From contig CAWJAP010000024.1 in NCBI GenBank assembly GCA_963840865.1, positions 40,862 to 104,861 of the forward strand: 64,000 nucleotides of DNA, in the 5' to 3' direction. Positions 37,242 through 46,872 of the stretch are shown here, one piece after another. Within the stretch, counting starts at the first letter, position 1. Each line of letters begins with the position of its first letter. The notes below the pieces were generated by a model. It saw nothing but the letters and a program-made list of their open reading frames with translations, ran no database searches and had not been told where the DNA came from. The stretch comes from Vicinamibacterales bacterium (GTDB taxonomy: Bacteria > Acidobacteriota > Vicinamibacteria > Vicinamibacterales > Vicinamibacteraceae). The position numbers were made by a program, and so were the translations under genes.

Positions 37242-39473
37242 ATGACGGCCCGACGACTGCTGGTCGCCTCAGTGTTTGGCCTGTGTGCCGTGGCTGCGCC
37301 GGGCGCGCGCTCGACTGCGATCGTCTTCGATTCCTTCCAGCAGCCCGCCACGCCGGCCCAGACGCCCGACACGCCGGTGTTCCGCTCGCGCGTCGACGTC
37401 ATCGAGATCGACATGCGCGTCGTGGACGCGCGCGGCCAGACCATCACCGACCTCGACGCTTCCGAGATCGAGATCTTCGAGGACAACGCCCCGCAGGCCC
37501 TGGCTGGCTTCACGCGGGTGAACGTGCCCACCGCGCCGGCCGAGGCTCGTCCGGCGCGCCTCGCGCCTCCCGACGTCGCATCGAACCGCGCCCTCGCGTC
37601 GAGCCGCGTGTTCGTTCTCCTGCTCGACGATCTCCACGTCGACAACCGGAACGCCGAAGCCGTCAAGCGGAGCGCGGCCCAGTTCGTCCGCGGGCACTTC
37701 GCGCCCGGCGACCTGGCCTCGGTCGTCTACGCGAGCGGGCGCGCGGATGCGGTGCAGGACTTCACGACCGACCCGGACCTGCTGCTGACCGCGATCGGCA
37801 AGTTCGTCGGCCGCAAGCTTCGTCCGGCTACCGTGGAGCGGATGGACCAGTACAACCTGCTCTTCCGCGGCCGCGGCCGCCCGCGGTTCGAGGACCTGCG
37901 CGATCGGCAGGACGGCGAGCGCGCGTTCAACGCGCGGTCGGCATTGGCCACCATCGAGTCGGTCTCCGGCGTGCTCGCCCGCGTCTCCGGCAAGCGCAAG
38001 GCGATGCTGGTGTTCAGCGAGGGCATCGACTACGACTTGTCGGGCCTTCGCAGTCGCGGCCGGGTGCTCGACGCGTCGGCTTCGACACCCGCGGCGCTGC
38101 CGACCACCGCGCCGACGGGCGGCGGTGAAGGCGAGGCCGTGGGCCGGACCGACGTTCACAACTACTCGAACGAGGTGCTCATCAGCCTGCAGACCGCGAT
38201 CGGCGCCGCGGCGCGCGCCAACGTCGCGCTCTACACGATGGACACGCGCAGCGGCGACGTGACCGACTCGCTGAGCGATCTCGGCGCGCCGGTGGCCGAC
38301 CCCGGCCTCGGGTTGACGGCGCAGCACACGGCCTCGGAGATGCGCGATGCCCAGGAAACACTGTGGATGCTCGCCGAGAACACCGGCGGCTTTGCCACGC
38401 TCGCCGGCACGGCCCACGACGATGTCTTCAGCCGCGTCATTCGCGAGAGCAGCGACTACTATGTCGTCGCTTACAGTCCCACCAACACCGCGCGCGATGG
38501 CACGTATCGCCGCATCAAGGTCAAGGTGAAGCGGCCCGACGTGCGCGTGCTCGCGCGGCAGGGCTATTACGCGTCGCGGGCGCCGACCAAGGCAGTGTCG
38601 CGCTTCGCGGCGCCAGGCATCTCTCGCGAGACGAGCGCGCTCATCATGTCGCCGCTGCCGTCCGCCGGTATCGGTCTCGACGTCCAGGCGGTGGCGCTTC
38701 GCCACGATCGCAAGCTCGCCGACATCGCCGTCACGCTGCTGGTCGATGGTGAAGAGCTCGCGCCAGGCGCGAACCCGGGCGGCGTGAACAACACGCTCGA
38801 GATCGCGCTGATGGCGCTCGACAGTACGGGCAAAGTGCAGGCGGCCACGGGATCGACCGTTCCGATCCGCCTGGACGAGGAGTCGGCACGCATCCTCAAG
38901 CGCGCCGGCTATCGGTCCATTTCGCGCCTGCGCGTGCCGCCCGGCCGCTACCAGATCCGGGTCGCCGCGCGAGAGCAGAACGGCGGGCGCCGCGGCGCCG
39001 TGCATGCCACCGTCGACGTTCCCGACTTCAACGGGCGGCTTTCGCTGAGCGGCTGGCTGCTTTCATCGGAGACGACCGAGGTCGTGCCCACCGCCATCGA
39101 CAACGAGACCAACGATCGCATGCCGGTGCTGCCCGTCGTGCGGCGCAGCTTCTCCTCGGACGATGAGCTGTCGGCCGCGATCGAGATCTACGACTCGGCC
39201 CGCCAGCACAACCTGGTCGTGACGACGACCGTCGTGGACGCGGCGGGGCGCGAGCGCTATCGCAGCGCCATCGACGTCGGCCGCGAAGACTTGAAGGCGC
39301 TGTCGGGCGCGTATGTCCACGCCGTGCAGATTCCGCTCGCGTCCATCTCGGGAGAAGCTCAGCTTCTCGTCGAGGCGCGTCCCGCATCCTCGGGTGCCGC
39401 GGCCGTCACCCGCCGCGTGTCGTTCACCGTCCTCGCCAGCGACTCGAGTGGATCGGCGCTCGCGCGGCCGTGA
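37242..39473 (+). CDS. VWA domain protein of the VWFA-related acidobacterial type (TIGR03436-like)
   Basis: Intact 743-aa ORF. N-terminal VFRSRVDVIEIDMRVVDARGQTITDLDASEIEIFEDNAPQ. VFVLLLDDLH. YYVVAYSP. Confidence 0.75.
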   Translation: MTARRLLVASVFGLCAVAAPGARSTAIVFDSFQQPATPAQTPDTPVFRSRVDVIEIDMRVVDARGQTITDLDASEIEIFEDNAPQALAGFTRVNVPTAPAEARPARLAPPDVASNRALASSRVFVLLLDDLHVDNRNAEAVKRSAAQFVRGHFAPGDLASVVYASGRADAVQDFTTDPDLLLTAIGKFVGRKLRPATVERMDQYNLLFRGRGRPRFEDLRDRQDGERAFNARSALATIESVSGVLARVSGKRKAMLVFSEGIDYDLSGLRSRGRVLDASASTPAALPTTAPTGGGEGEAVGRTDVHNYSNEVLISLQTAIGAAARANVALYTMDTRSGDVTDSLSDLGAPVADPGLGLTAQHTASEMRDAQETLWMLAENTGGFATLAGTAHDDVFSRVIRESSDYYVVAYSPTNTARDGTYRRIKVKVKRPDVRVLARQGYYASRAPTKAVSRFAAPGISRETSALIMSPLPSAGIGLDVQAVALRHDRKLADIAVTLLVDGEELAPGANPGGVNNTLEIALMALDSTGKVQAATGSTVPIRLDEESARILKRAGYRSISRLRVPPGRYQIRVAAREQNGGRRGAVHATVDVPDFNGRLSLSGWLLSSETTEVVPTAIDNETNDRMPVLPVVRRSFSSDDELSAAIEIYDSARQHNLVVTTTVVDAAGRERYRSAIDVGREDLKALSGAYVHAVQIPLASISGEAQLLVEARPASSGAAAVTRRVSFTVLASDSSGSALARP

Positions 39474-39482
39474 TCGGAAGTT

Positions 39483-39557
39483 TTGAGTTTTGCGTTCTGA
39501 GTTATGAGTTTTTGAAGCGCTCAGCTTCAAGCAGTGGGCTCGTGACGCAAAACTCAA
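39483..39557. repeat. nested hairpin element in the VWA/propeller intergenic spacer (candidate terminator)
   Basis: Outer stem TTGAGTTTTGCGT (39483-39495) / ACGCAAAACTCAA (39545-39557). Inner stem TTGAAGC (39512-39518) / GCTTCAA (39524-39530). TGAGTT repeated three times. AT-rich. Confidence 0.6.
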
Positions 39558-39585
39558 GACTCATCACTCGCTCATAATCTCCCCC

Positions 39586-40869
39586 ATGTCTCGCCCGATG
39601 GGTCGGCCGCGCCTCGGTCTCCTGCTCATTGCGTTCGGCGTCTTCACGACGGCTGCTGGCGTCGCAGCGGATTGGACGCAGTTCCGCGGGCCGGATGGAA
39701 CGGGCATCGCCGAGGCTCGCGGCGTGCCGCTCACCTGGAGCGAATCGTCGAACATCACCTGGAAGGCGCCGATTCACGGGCGCGGATGGTCGTCGCCGGT
39801 CGTGCTCGGTTCGCAGGTGTGGGTGACGACCGCGACGCCCGATGGCCGCAAGTTGTCGGCCCTCGCGGTCGACCGTGAGACCGGCAAGGTCGTGTACGAC
39901 CTGTCGCTCTTCGACGTCGAGACGCCGCAGTACGCGCATCCCTTCAACAGCTATGCGTCACCGAGCCCCGCCATCGAGCCGGGGCGCGTCTATGTGACGT
40001 TCGGCTCGCCGGGCACGGCGGCCATCGACACCAAGACCGGCAAGGTGCTGTGGACCCGGCGCGATTTCGTCTGCAACCACTTCCGCGGTGCCGGGTCGTC
40101 GCCCGTCATCGCGGGGAACCTGCTGCTCATGCACTTCGACGGCAGCGACCATCAGTTCGTCGTCGCGCTCGACAAGCGCACGGGCAAGACCGTCTGGCGG
40201 ACCGAGCGGTCGGTCGATTTCAAGGACATCGGACCGGATGGGAAGATTCAGGCGGAAGGCGATTTCCGCAAGGCCTTCGCGACGCCGCGCGTCGTCACGG
40301 TCGGCGGGAAGCCGGTGATGTTCAGCATCGGATCGAAGGCGGCGTACGGCTACGAGCTGTCGACGGGCAAGGAGTTGTGGCGAATCGAAGAGCCGACCAA
40401 CCATTCGGGCAGCACCGTGCCTGCCGTGGGTGACGGCCTCGTCTACTACCAGAGCGGCTTTCCGCGCGGGCAGTTGCTCGCGGTGCGGCCCGACGGCGCC
40501 GGCGACGCCACCGCCACGCACGTCGTGTGGCGGGTGACGCGCAGCGTGCCCAACAAGCCATCCGTGCTGCTCAAAGACGGTCTCATCTACATGATTGGCG
40601 ATGCCGGTGTGGCGAGCGGCGTGGAAGCGAAGACCGGTGAGATCGTCTGGAGCTCGCGCGTCAACGGCAGCTTTTCGGCGTCGCCGGTCGCGGCCGACGG
40701 CCGGGTGTATTTCTTCAGCGAAGAGGGCAGGACGACCGTCATTCAGGAAGGCCGCGAGTTCAAGGTGCTGGCCGAGAATCAGCTGGGCGACGGCTTCATG
40801 GCCACGCCGGCGATTTCGGGCCGCTCCCTGTTCCTGCGTTCCCGGACGAATCTCTATCGGATCGACTGA
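39586..40869 (+). CDS. exported PQQ-like beta-propeller repeat protein
   Basis: Intact 427-aa ORF. DWTQFRGPDGTGIA, GWSSPVVLGSQVWV, and repeated G-x-V-Y/W blades. Confidence 0.75.
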   Translation: MSRPMGRPRLGLLLIAFGVFTTAAGVAADWTQFRGPDGTGIAEARGVPLTWSESSNITWKAPIHGRGWSSPVVLGSQVWVTTATPDGRKLSALAVDRETGKVVYDLSLFDVETPQYAHPFNSYASPSPAIEPGRVYVTFGSPGTAAIDTKTGKVLWTRRDFVCNHFRGAGSSPVIAGNLLLMHFDGSDHQFVVALDKRTGKTVWRTERSVDFKDIGPDGKIQAEGDFRKAFATPRVVTVGGKPVMFSIGSKAAYGYELSTGKELWRIEEPTNHSGSTVPAVGDGLVYYQSGFPRGQLLAVRPDGAGDATATHVVWRVTRSVPNKPSVLLKDGLIYMIGDAGVASGVEAKTGEIVWSSRVNGSFSASPVAADGRVYFFSEEGRTTVIQEGREFKVLAENQLGDGFMATPAISGRSLFLRSRTNLYRID

Positions 40870-40926
40870 CAGCCGCCGGCGCTGAAGCTCGCCACCCTGG
40901 GAGGATCGAGGCGCTCGAGCAGGAGC

Positions 40927-41478
40927 ATGACCGATCGAACCGTCATCGTCGTCGACTACGACGAGGATTGGCCACGCCGGTTCGAGCATCTTCGGGCACG
41001 AATCTGGCCGGTCGTCGCTGATGTCGCCGTCCACATCGAGCACGTCGGGAGCACGTCGGTGGCGGGACTTGCCGCCAAGCCAATCATCGACATGACGGTG
41101 GTCGTCGCGGCACGGGTGGACGTGCCGCGAGCCATCGAGCGGCTGGCCACGATTGGCTACCGGCATCTCGGCGATCTCGGCATCGAGGATCGAGAGGCGT
41201 TCGAGCATCCCTGCGGCCTTCCCCGACACCATCTGTATGTCTGCCCCGAGGGGACGATCGGCGTGGTCAATCAACTTGCCGTCCGCGACTATCTCCGTTC
41301 GCACCCCGCCGCCGCGCGACAGTATGGCGAGCTGAAGAAGCAGCTCGCCCGCGAGTTCCCGCAGGACATCGACAGCTACGTGTTCGGCAAAACCGACTTC
41401 GTCCTGGACGTCCTTCGCAGAGCAGGGCTCACCGAGCAGCAGCTCGCGTCGATCGAGCGTGTGAATCGGAGGGGGTAG
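40927..41478 (+). CDS. GrpB-family protein
   Basis: VVDYDEDWPRRFEHL, IEHVGSTSVAGLAAKPIIDM, RHHLYVC, LAVRDYLRSHP. Confidence 0.8.
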   Translation: MTDRTVIVVDYDEDWPRRFEHLRARIWPVVADVAVHIEHVGSTSVAGLAAKPIIDMTVVVAARVDVPRAIERLATIGYRHLGDLGIEDREAFEHPCGLPRHHLYVCPEGTIGVVNQLAVRDYLRSHPAAARQYGELKKQLAREFPQDIDSYVFGKTDFVLDVLRRAGLTEQQLASIERVNRRG

Positions 41479-41551
41479 CACCAGCGCGAACGCGAGCCCG
41501 TCGCGGACGGGCGACGCGGGCCGGGACTTCGGGTAGTCTCTTGGCGGAGGC

Positions 41552-42586
41552 GTGATGAGCGGCAGGCGTGACGTCTGGATTGGCACCGACGGCGGTGCGA
41601 CGACCAGCAAGATCGGCGGGGTGTGGGCCGACGGCAGTACGGTCTCCACGAAGCTGCTGCAGCACGCGACCAACTCACACCTCGGGCCACTCGAGGTCGT
41701 ACGGGGGTGGGTCAAGGCGATCGACGAGTATCTCGGCCAGAACGGTCTCGGGTGGAGCGACGTCCGCGGCGTGGGCGTCGCGGTGCCCGGTCCGCAGCAG
41801 CGGTACGGCGTCCTGGAACGCTCGCCGAATCTGCCCGAGAGCTTCGCCGGTTTCGACGTGCTCAACGAATACGGGGCCGCGCTCGCGGCTCAGGCCGGTG
41901 CGCCGGTGCCCGTGGTCGTCGGCAACGACGGGAACCTTGGTGGGGTTGCGGAGGCGCAACGTGTGCGCGGTGCGAGCCGGTCCACCGTCGTGATGCTGGC
42001 GCCGGGCTCCGGTCTGGGCTGCGCCTTCGTCGACAAGAACGGCCTCCCGCTCGATGGCGACACGCTCGCCGGCATGGAAGCGGCGCACATGCCGGCGCCG
42101 CTCCATCTGCTGAACGTCGAAGCCTATCCGTGCGGGTGCAGTCGGCGGTGGGGCTGCTTCGAGGTGTACACGAGTCTCTCCGGGCTGCCGTACCTCCTCG
42201 CCGCGGAGCTCACGCGCCATCCCGAGCACGAGCTCGCGCGCTCGCCGCTGCCACCGCGGGAGCGCGCCTTCACACTCCGCGGGCTCGCGCAAAAGGGCGA
42301 CGGCCTCGCGCTCGAGTTGTTCAGGTTCCAGGCCCGCGCGCTCGGCCTGCTCGTCGCGATGCTGGCGATGACGCTCGACCCGGAGTTCGTCGTCATCGGT
42401 GGTGGGCTGATGGACCCCGAAGCGACCACCGACGCGTTTCGCGAGCAGTACCTGCGGACCGTTCGCGAAACCGCGGCGCCGCATCTCTGGCCCGCTCAGC
42501 GGTCCAAGCTGACTGTCGTCCCTGCGGCGCTGGGCGACCTGTCGCAGGCCATCGGCGCGGCGCTCGTGGCGCTGTACCAGAAGTAG
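41552..42586 (+). CDS. ROK-family sugar kinase
   Basis: VWIGTDGGATTSKIGGV, VVVGNDGNLGGVAE. Zinc motif-like region YPCGCSRRWGCFEVY. Confidence 0.85.
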   Translation: MMSGRRDVWIGTDGGATTSKIGGVWADGSTVSTKLLQHATNSHLGPLEVVRGWVKAIDEYLGQNGLGWSDVRGVGVAVPGPQQRYGVLERSPNLPESFAGFDVLNEYGAALAAQAGAPVPVVVGNDGNLGGVAEAQRVRGASRSTVVMLAPGSGLGCAFVDKNGLPLDGDTLAGMEAAHMPAPLHLLNVEAYPCGCSRRWGCFEVYTSLSGLPYLLAAELTRHPEHELARSPLPPRERAFTLRGLAQKGDGLALELFRFQARALGLLVAMLAMTLDPEFVVIGGGLMDPEATTDAFREQYLRTVRETAAPHLWPAQRSKLTVVPAALGDLSQAIGAALVALYQK

Positions 42587-42612
42587 GGGACGGGAGTCTT
42601 TTCGGGCCACGA

Positions 42613-42657
42613 AGGGGTCAGGAGTCGACACAACAGCAGGGTCGACTCCTGACCCCT
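42613..42657 (+). terminator. 17-bp perfect hairpin after the ROK kinase gene
   Basis: AGGGGTCAGGAGTCGAC (42613-42629) / GTCGACTCCTGACCCCT (42641-42657), 11-nt loop. No clear U-tract. Confidence 0.6.
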
Positions 42658-42664
42658 CCATTCA

Positions 42665-43841
42665 ATGGAAAAAAGCACCCGACCGCTATTTCAACGCGTC
42701 GATCGCGCGCTGGACAGCAATTACGGGACGGTGCGCGCGTGGGTTGCCGCGACCGTCCTGCTCGTGTGTGCCGTCGCCACCTGCAGCATCACCATTCACG
42801 CGCAGCATCCCACACGGCCTGGTGACGGTCCGCGTTCCGGAGCCGAGCTCTATCGCGCGGCGTGCGCGAGCTGTCACGGGCTGGATGGCCGCGGCGCCCC
42901 CGTCGAGACGACGGGTCTCGATCTACCCCTGCCCGATTTCACCGATTGCCGATTCGCGAGCCGGGAAGCCAACGCCGACTGGCTGGCCGTGGTCCACCAG
43001 GGTGGGCCCGCCCGCGGTTTCGACCGGCGGATGCCAGCGTTCGGCGACGCCTTGCCCAAAGCCAAGCTGCTGCAGATTCTCGGCCACGTCCGGACGTTCT
43101 GTGCCGACGACGACTGGCCCCGCGGTGAGCTGAACCTTCCACGTGCGTTGAGAACTGGAAAGGCGTACCTCGAAGACGAGGCGCTGTTGACGACCAGCGT
43201 GGGGAGCGGATCGGCGACCACCAGCCTGATCTACGAGCGACGCGTCGGACCGAGGAGTCAGCTGGAGGTCGCGGTGCCGGTCGGCGTGCGATCGGTGAAT
43301 GACGTCGAACGCGCCGGCCTCGGCGACGTGGTGTTGGCCTTCAAGCGCTCGGTGGCGCACAGCGCGCCGCACGGCTGGATTGTCAGTGCCGGCTTCGAGA
43401 CAAAGCTCCCCACCGGCGCCCGCGATGTCGGGCTCGGGACCGGAACGTACGTGTTCGAGCCCTTCGTGGCCTTCGGGCAGGTGTTGCCGAGTGAGACATT
43501 CGTGCAAGTCCACGCAGGCGTCGACCTGCCCGCCAATCCGGGTCGGGCGGCGCGCGAGGCGTTCTGGCGAACCGCAGTCGGCAAGACGTTGTCGAGCGGC
43601 GGCTTCGGCCGAACGTGGATCGCCGATGCTCGAGCTGACGGCGATGCAGGAGCTCGAGGACGAGGCGCGTACGGAGTGGGATGTCGTCCCGCAGGTGCAG
43701 GTCTCACTCAGCAAACGGCAACACGTGCTCCTCAACGTCGGCATCCTGGTGCCGCTTGCCGGGCGAAGCGGCCGCAGCACGCAGCTGCTCGCCTACATCC
43801 TCTGGGACTGGTTCGATGGGGGATTGTTCGATGGCTGGTAG
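42665..43841 (+). CDS. monohaem class-I cytochrome c domain fused to an outer-membrane beta-barrel-like domain (1 apparent frameshift near 43618)
   Basis: CASCH at 42863-42877 with distal RRMPAFG. After about residue 150, alternating-hydrophobic strands (LEVAVPVGV, VVLAFKRSV, WIVSAGFETKL, YVFEPFVAFG). Continues in ORF 43299..43841 and ends LAYILWDWFDGGLFDGW (C-terminal aromatic, OMP-like). Confidence 0.55.
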
Positions 43842-45565
43842 GGCGGTCCCGTCCAGGATCGCCATCGTCCAGTCAGCCGCGCCCTTCGATAGCAATCGCG
43901 GGCGCGATTGGATTGCTGATGTGCGGACTCGTCCTTCGCGGTGCGGGTACGCCGTGCGCGGCGTCGTCATCGACGGGCCATGAGAATGCGATCGAGGCGC
44001 GAGGCGTAGGGCCGGATCAGTCGCTCGTCACCGGCGACGCGTGCATGGCTTGCCACAACGGGCTGTCGACCCCGACCGGCGAGGATGTGTCGATTGGCCG
44101 CGCGTGGCGGGCCTCGATGATGGCCAACTCGGCCCGCGATCCGTACTGGCAGGCTGCCGTCCGTCGTGAGGTGCTCAATCATCCCGCCCACGGCGCGGAG
44201 ATTCAGAACGGATGCGCGCGCTGTCACATGCCGATGGCCCACGCGCGCGCGCAGGGGCGGCTGCTCGACGTTCTGACCGAGCTGCCTCGTCTTGCCCGAT
44301 TGAAGGGCGCTCCCGGACGGGCGGACGCGGGCGAAACGGGACTTGCCGCCGACGGCGTGTCGTGCACGCTCTGTCACCAGATCAGCGCCGCCAGACTGGG
44401 CACGCACGAAAGCTTCACCGGCGGGTTCGTGCTCGGTCGCCCGACGTCGTCGGGCGACAGGCCGCTCCTCGGACCGTTCGAGGTCGATGCGGGTCGTCGG
44501 ACCATCATGCGCTCAGCGAGCGGGTTCACGCCCGAACGGGCCGAGCACGTCCAGCGGTCGGAGCTGTGCGCGACCTGCCACACGCTCTACACCGAGGCCC
44601 TGGGGCCCGATGGCGCGATCGTCGGACGGTTGCCTGAACAGATGCCTTATCTCGAATGGCGGCACAGCGCGTATCGGTCATCGCGAAGCTGTCAGAGCTG
44701 TCACATGCCCGAGGTGAGCCGACCGACGCCCGTCACGTCGGTCCTCGGCGAGGCGCGCGAAGGTCTGTCGAGGCATGGCTTTCTGGGCGGGAACGCCTTC
44801 GTGCTGCGGATGCTGGCCAGGTATCGAGACGCGTTGGGTGTGCGTGCGTTACCAATCGAGCTCGAAACCGCCGCGTCGGCGACCGAGCGCCAGCTTCGCC
44901 ATGACACCGCGAGCGTCATGCTCGATGTGGCGCTCGATTCTGACGGCAGGCTGTCGTTCGAGGTGCTCGTCGAGAACCACACCGGGCACAAGCTTCCGAC
45001 CGGCTACCCGTCCCGTCGGGTCTGGCTGCATGTCATCGTTCGCGATGCACGGCATCGCCTCGTCTTCGAGTCGGGCGCTGTCGACCCAACCGGCGCCATC
45101 AGCGGCAACGACGCCGACGAAGATGCCGGGCGGTTCGAGCCGCACTACATGGAAATCGCACGGGCGGATCAGGTGCAGGTCTACGAATCGACGATGGTCG
45201 ATGCTGTCGGGCGGGTGACGACCGGCCTCCTCTCGGGCGTGCGGTTCGTCAAGGACAACCGGTTGCTCCCGCGTGGATTCGACGGTGCGACCGCGTCACC
45301 GGACATCGCCATTCAGGGGGCGGCGTCGACCGACGCCGACTTCACGGGTGGGAGCGATCGAGTCCGCTATCTCGTCGACGTCGCGGACGCGCCGCGTCCG
45401 ATCCTCATCGAAGCCGAGCTCCTGTACCAGCCGATTGCGTATCGATGGGCACAGAACCTGCGGGGCTACGACGCTCCGGAGCCGCGGCGGTTCGTCGGCT
45501 ACTTCGAGTCGATGGCCTCGACGTCTGCGACACGCCTGGCCGACGCGACGCTGATCCTGAAATAG
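43832..45565 (+). CDS. pentahaem c-type cytochrome (doubled-CXXCH / cytochrome c554-like family)
   Basis: CXXCH at 44042, 44213, 44363, 44566 and 44690. ENHTGHKLPTGYPSRR motif. Start uncertain: ATG 43832 needs one frame switch near 43895, and ATG 43919 is the in-frame alternative. Confidence 0.8.
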   Translation, partial: WLVGRSRPGSPSSSQPRPSIAIAGAIGLLMCGLVLRGAGTPCAASSSTGHENAIEARGVGPDQSLVTGDACMACHNGLSTPTGEDVSIGRAWRASMMANSARDPYWQAAVRREVLNHPAHGAEIQNGCARCHMPMAHARAQGRLLDVLTELPRLARLKGAPGRADAGETGLAADGVSCTLCHQISAARLGTHESFTGGFVLGRPTSSGDRPLLGPFEVDAGRRTIMRSASGFTPERAEHVQRSELCATCHTLYTEALGPDGAIVGRLPEQMPYLEWRHSAYRSSRSCQSCHMPEVSRPTPVTSVLGEAREGLSRHGFLGGNAFVLRMLARYRDALGVRALPIELETAASATERQLRHDTASVMLDVALDSDGRLSFEVLVENHTGHKLPTGYPSRRVWLHVIVRDARHRLVFESGAVDPTGAISGNDADEDAGRFEPHYMEIARADQVQVYESTMVDAVGRVTTGLLSGVRFVKDNRLLPRGFDGATASPDIAIQGAASTDADFTGGSDRVRYLVDVADAPRPILIEAELLYQPIAYRWAQNLRGYDAPEPRRFVGYFESMASTSATRLADATLILK

Positions 45566-45655
45566 GGTCGGGCCGAATTTCAGTTCTTGCGCACGCGCGC
45601 TTGCAGTCTGGCGCGCGAGTACGCAGTTGCTGAAATTCGGCCCGACCCTATTTCA
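45558..45655. repeat. perfect 26-bp inverted repeat with a 46-nt partly self-complementary spacer between convergent genes
   Basis: TGAAATAGGGTCGGGCCGAATTTCAG (45558-45583) and its exact reverse complement (45630-45655). Each arm contains the last codons and the TAG stop of one of the two convergent genes. Confidence 0.9.
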
Positions 45656-46870
45656 CGGTGAACGGGCGGGTGACGCGTTCGGGAATCGGAACGGCGCTGG
45701 GAGGCGGGTTGATCTCGAACGGGCGGCCGATGCGATTGCCCGAGGGATCTTCGAGCACGTTCAGCGCGACGAGCTGATAGGCGCCAGCCTGCCAGGCGTC
45801 GCGCGGCACGAACCCCCATTCCGTCACGTGGTTCGAGACCGTGCCGGTACCGGTGAGCATTGTGCCGCCCGCGCCTTCGATCGCGAGGACACGTTCGACG
45901 AGCGCCCGATCGAGCGCCCAGGGGAACCGCACGACGAGCGCGTCGCGGCTGCCCGATGCGGGCGTCGTCAGGCGCCACGCCGAGGAGATCGAGCCCCTGG
46001 AGAATCTCGGGCCCGACCTCGAGCGCTCTGCGAAACGGTGCTGCGAGCGGGCGGCCCTCCGCATCGCGCCAGTCAGCGTCAATCTCGAGGAAGTACTTCT
46101 TGCCCGCGTGGAGAGGACGGCCGATCTGCTCGTTGGGCAGAATGCCGCGTCTTGACCCGTCCGGGATCGAAGAGCAGCGTGAAGCGCGTGCGGTCCGCGT
46201 TCCACAGCGCCTGATCGAGCGGCACGAACGGGTCGACCACTTCGCGTCCGTCCGCGGTCGTGAGCCGGATGTGCGGCAAACCGCCGGCGAGCCCCATCGG
46301 CTCCGAGAAGTGCACGTACATCCGCAGCAGGTTCTCGGGAACGCGTCCGGTCGGCGAGACCTCGACCACGCGCGCCGTCGGCTCGGACTCGCGTCTGGGC
46401 AGGCCCACACGCGCGACCACCGGCGCGTTGCGCCAACCGCCCGAGCCCGATCCGCCAATCGATCGCGGATCGAAGCGCACGTCGTAGAGCCGGCCGGGAT
46501 CGAAGGGGAATGACGGCGTGAACCGGATGCTGGTGTCGTCGACGGTGTGGCTTCCGGCAACCGGGGGCGTGCCGGGTGCGGCGCCCGCCCCGGCCACGGT
46601 CACGGTCAGGACGGCGTTCCAGCTGTCCGGGCCCTGTGCGCGTGCGTGGAGCGTCTCGAGATCGGCCGGCGCCAGACCCACCACGTCGACGTGTGCCCGG
46701 TCGACGTGCCGATCGGCCCCGGCGAGCCGAATCTCCGGCGGCGACGACGTGTCGGCGCGCGCGCCGGAGCACGCGGAAACGGCGAGCAGCAGCGAGAGGG
46801 GACGGAAGCCTCGCAAGGCGGCGGCCAGCTGTCCACCACCTGGGGCATGGCGAGGCTTCCGTTGGGGCAT
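45648..46870 (-). CDS. hypothetical lipoprotein (2 apparent frameshifts near 46130 and 45960)
   Basis: Lipobox LLLAVSAC. Collinear pieces in ORFs 46079..46870, 45580..46560 and 45648..46772 (for example LFDPGRVK/RGILPNEQIGRPLHAGKKYFLEIDADWRDAEGRPL). The start is 2 nt after the upstream stop. Confidence 0.45.
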
Positions 46871-46872
46871 CC

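Noticed and set aside
42665-45565. A single 966-aa giant cytochrome
   Set aside because: The reading frame runs through the stop of gene 1, which ends ...LFDGW* in the frame of ORF 43299..43841. The region 43620-43900 in the long frame is low-complexity read-through. Two genes explain the motifs better.
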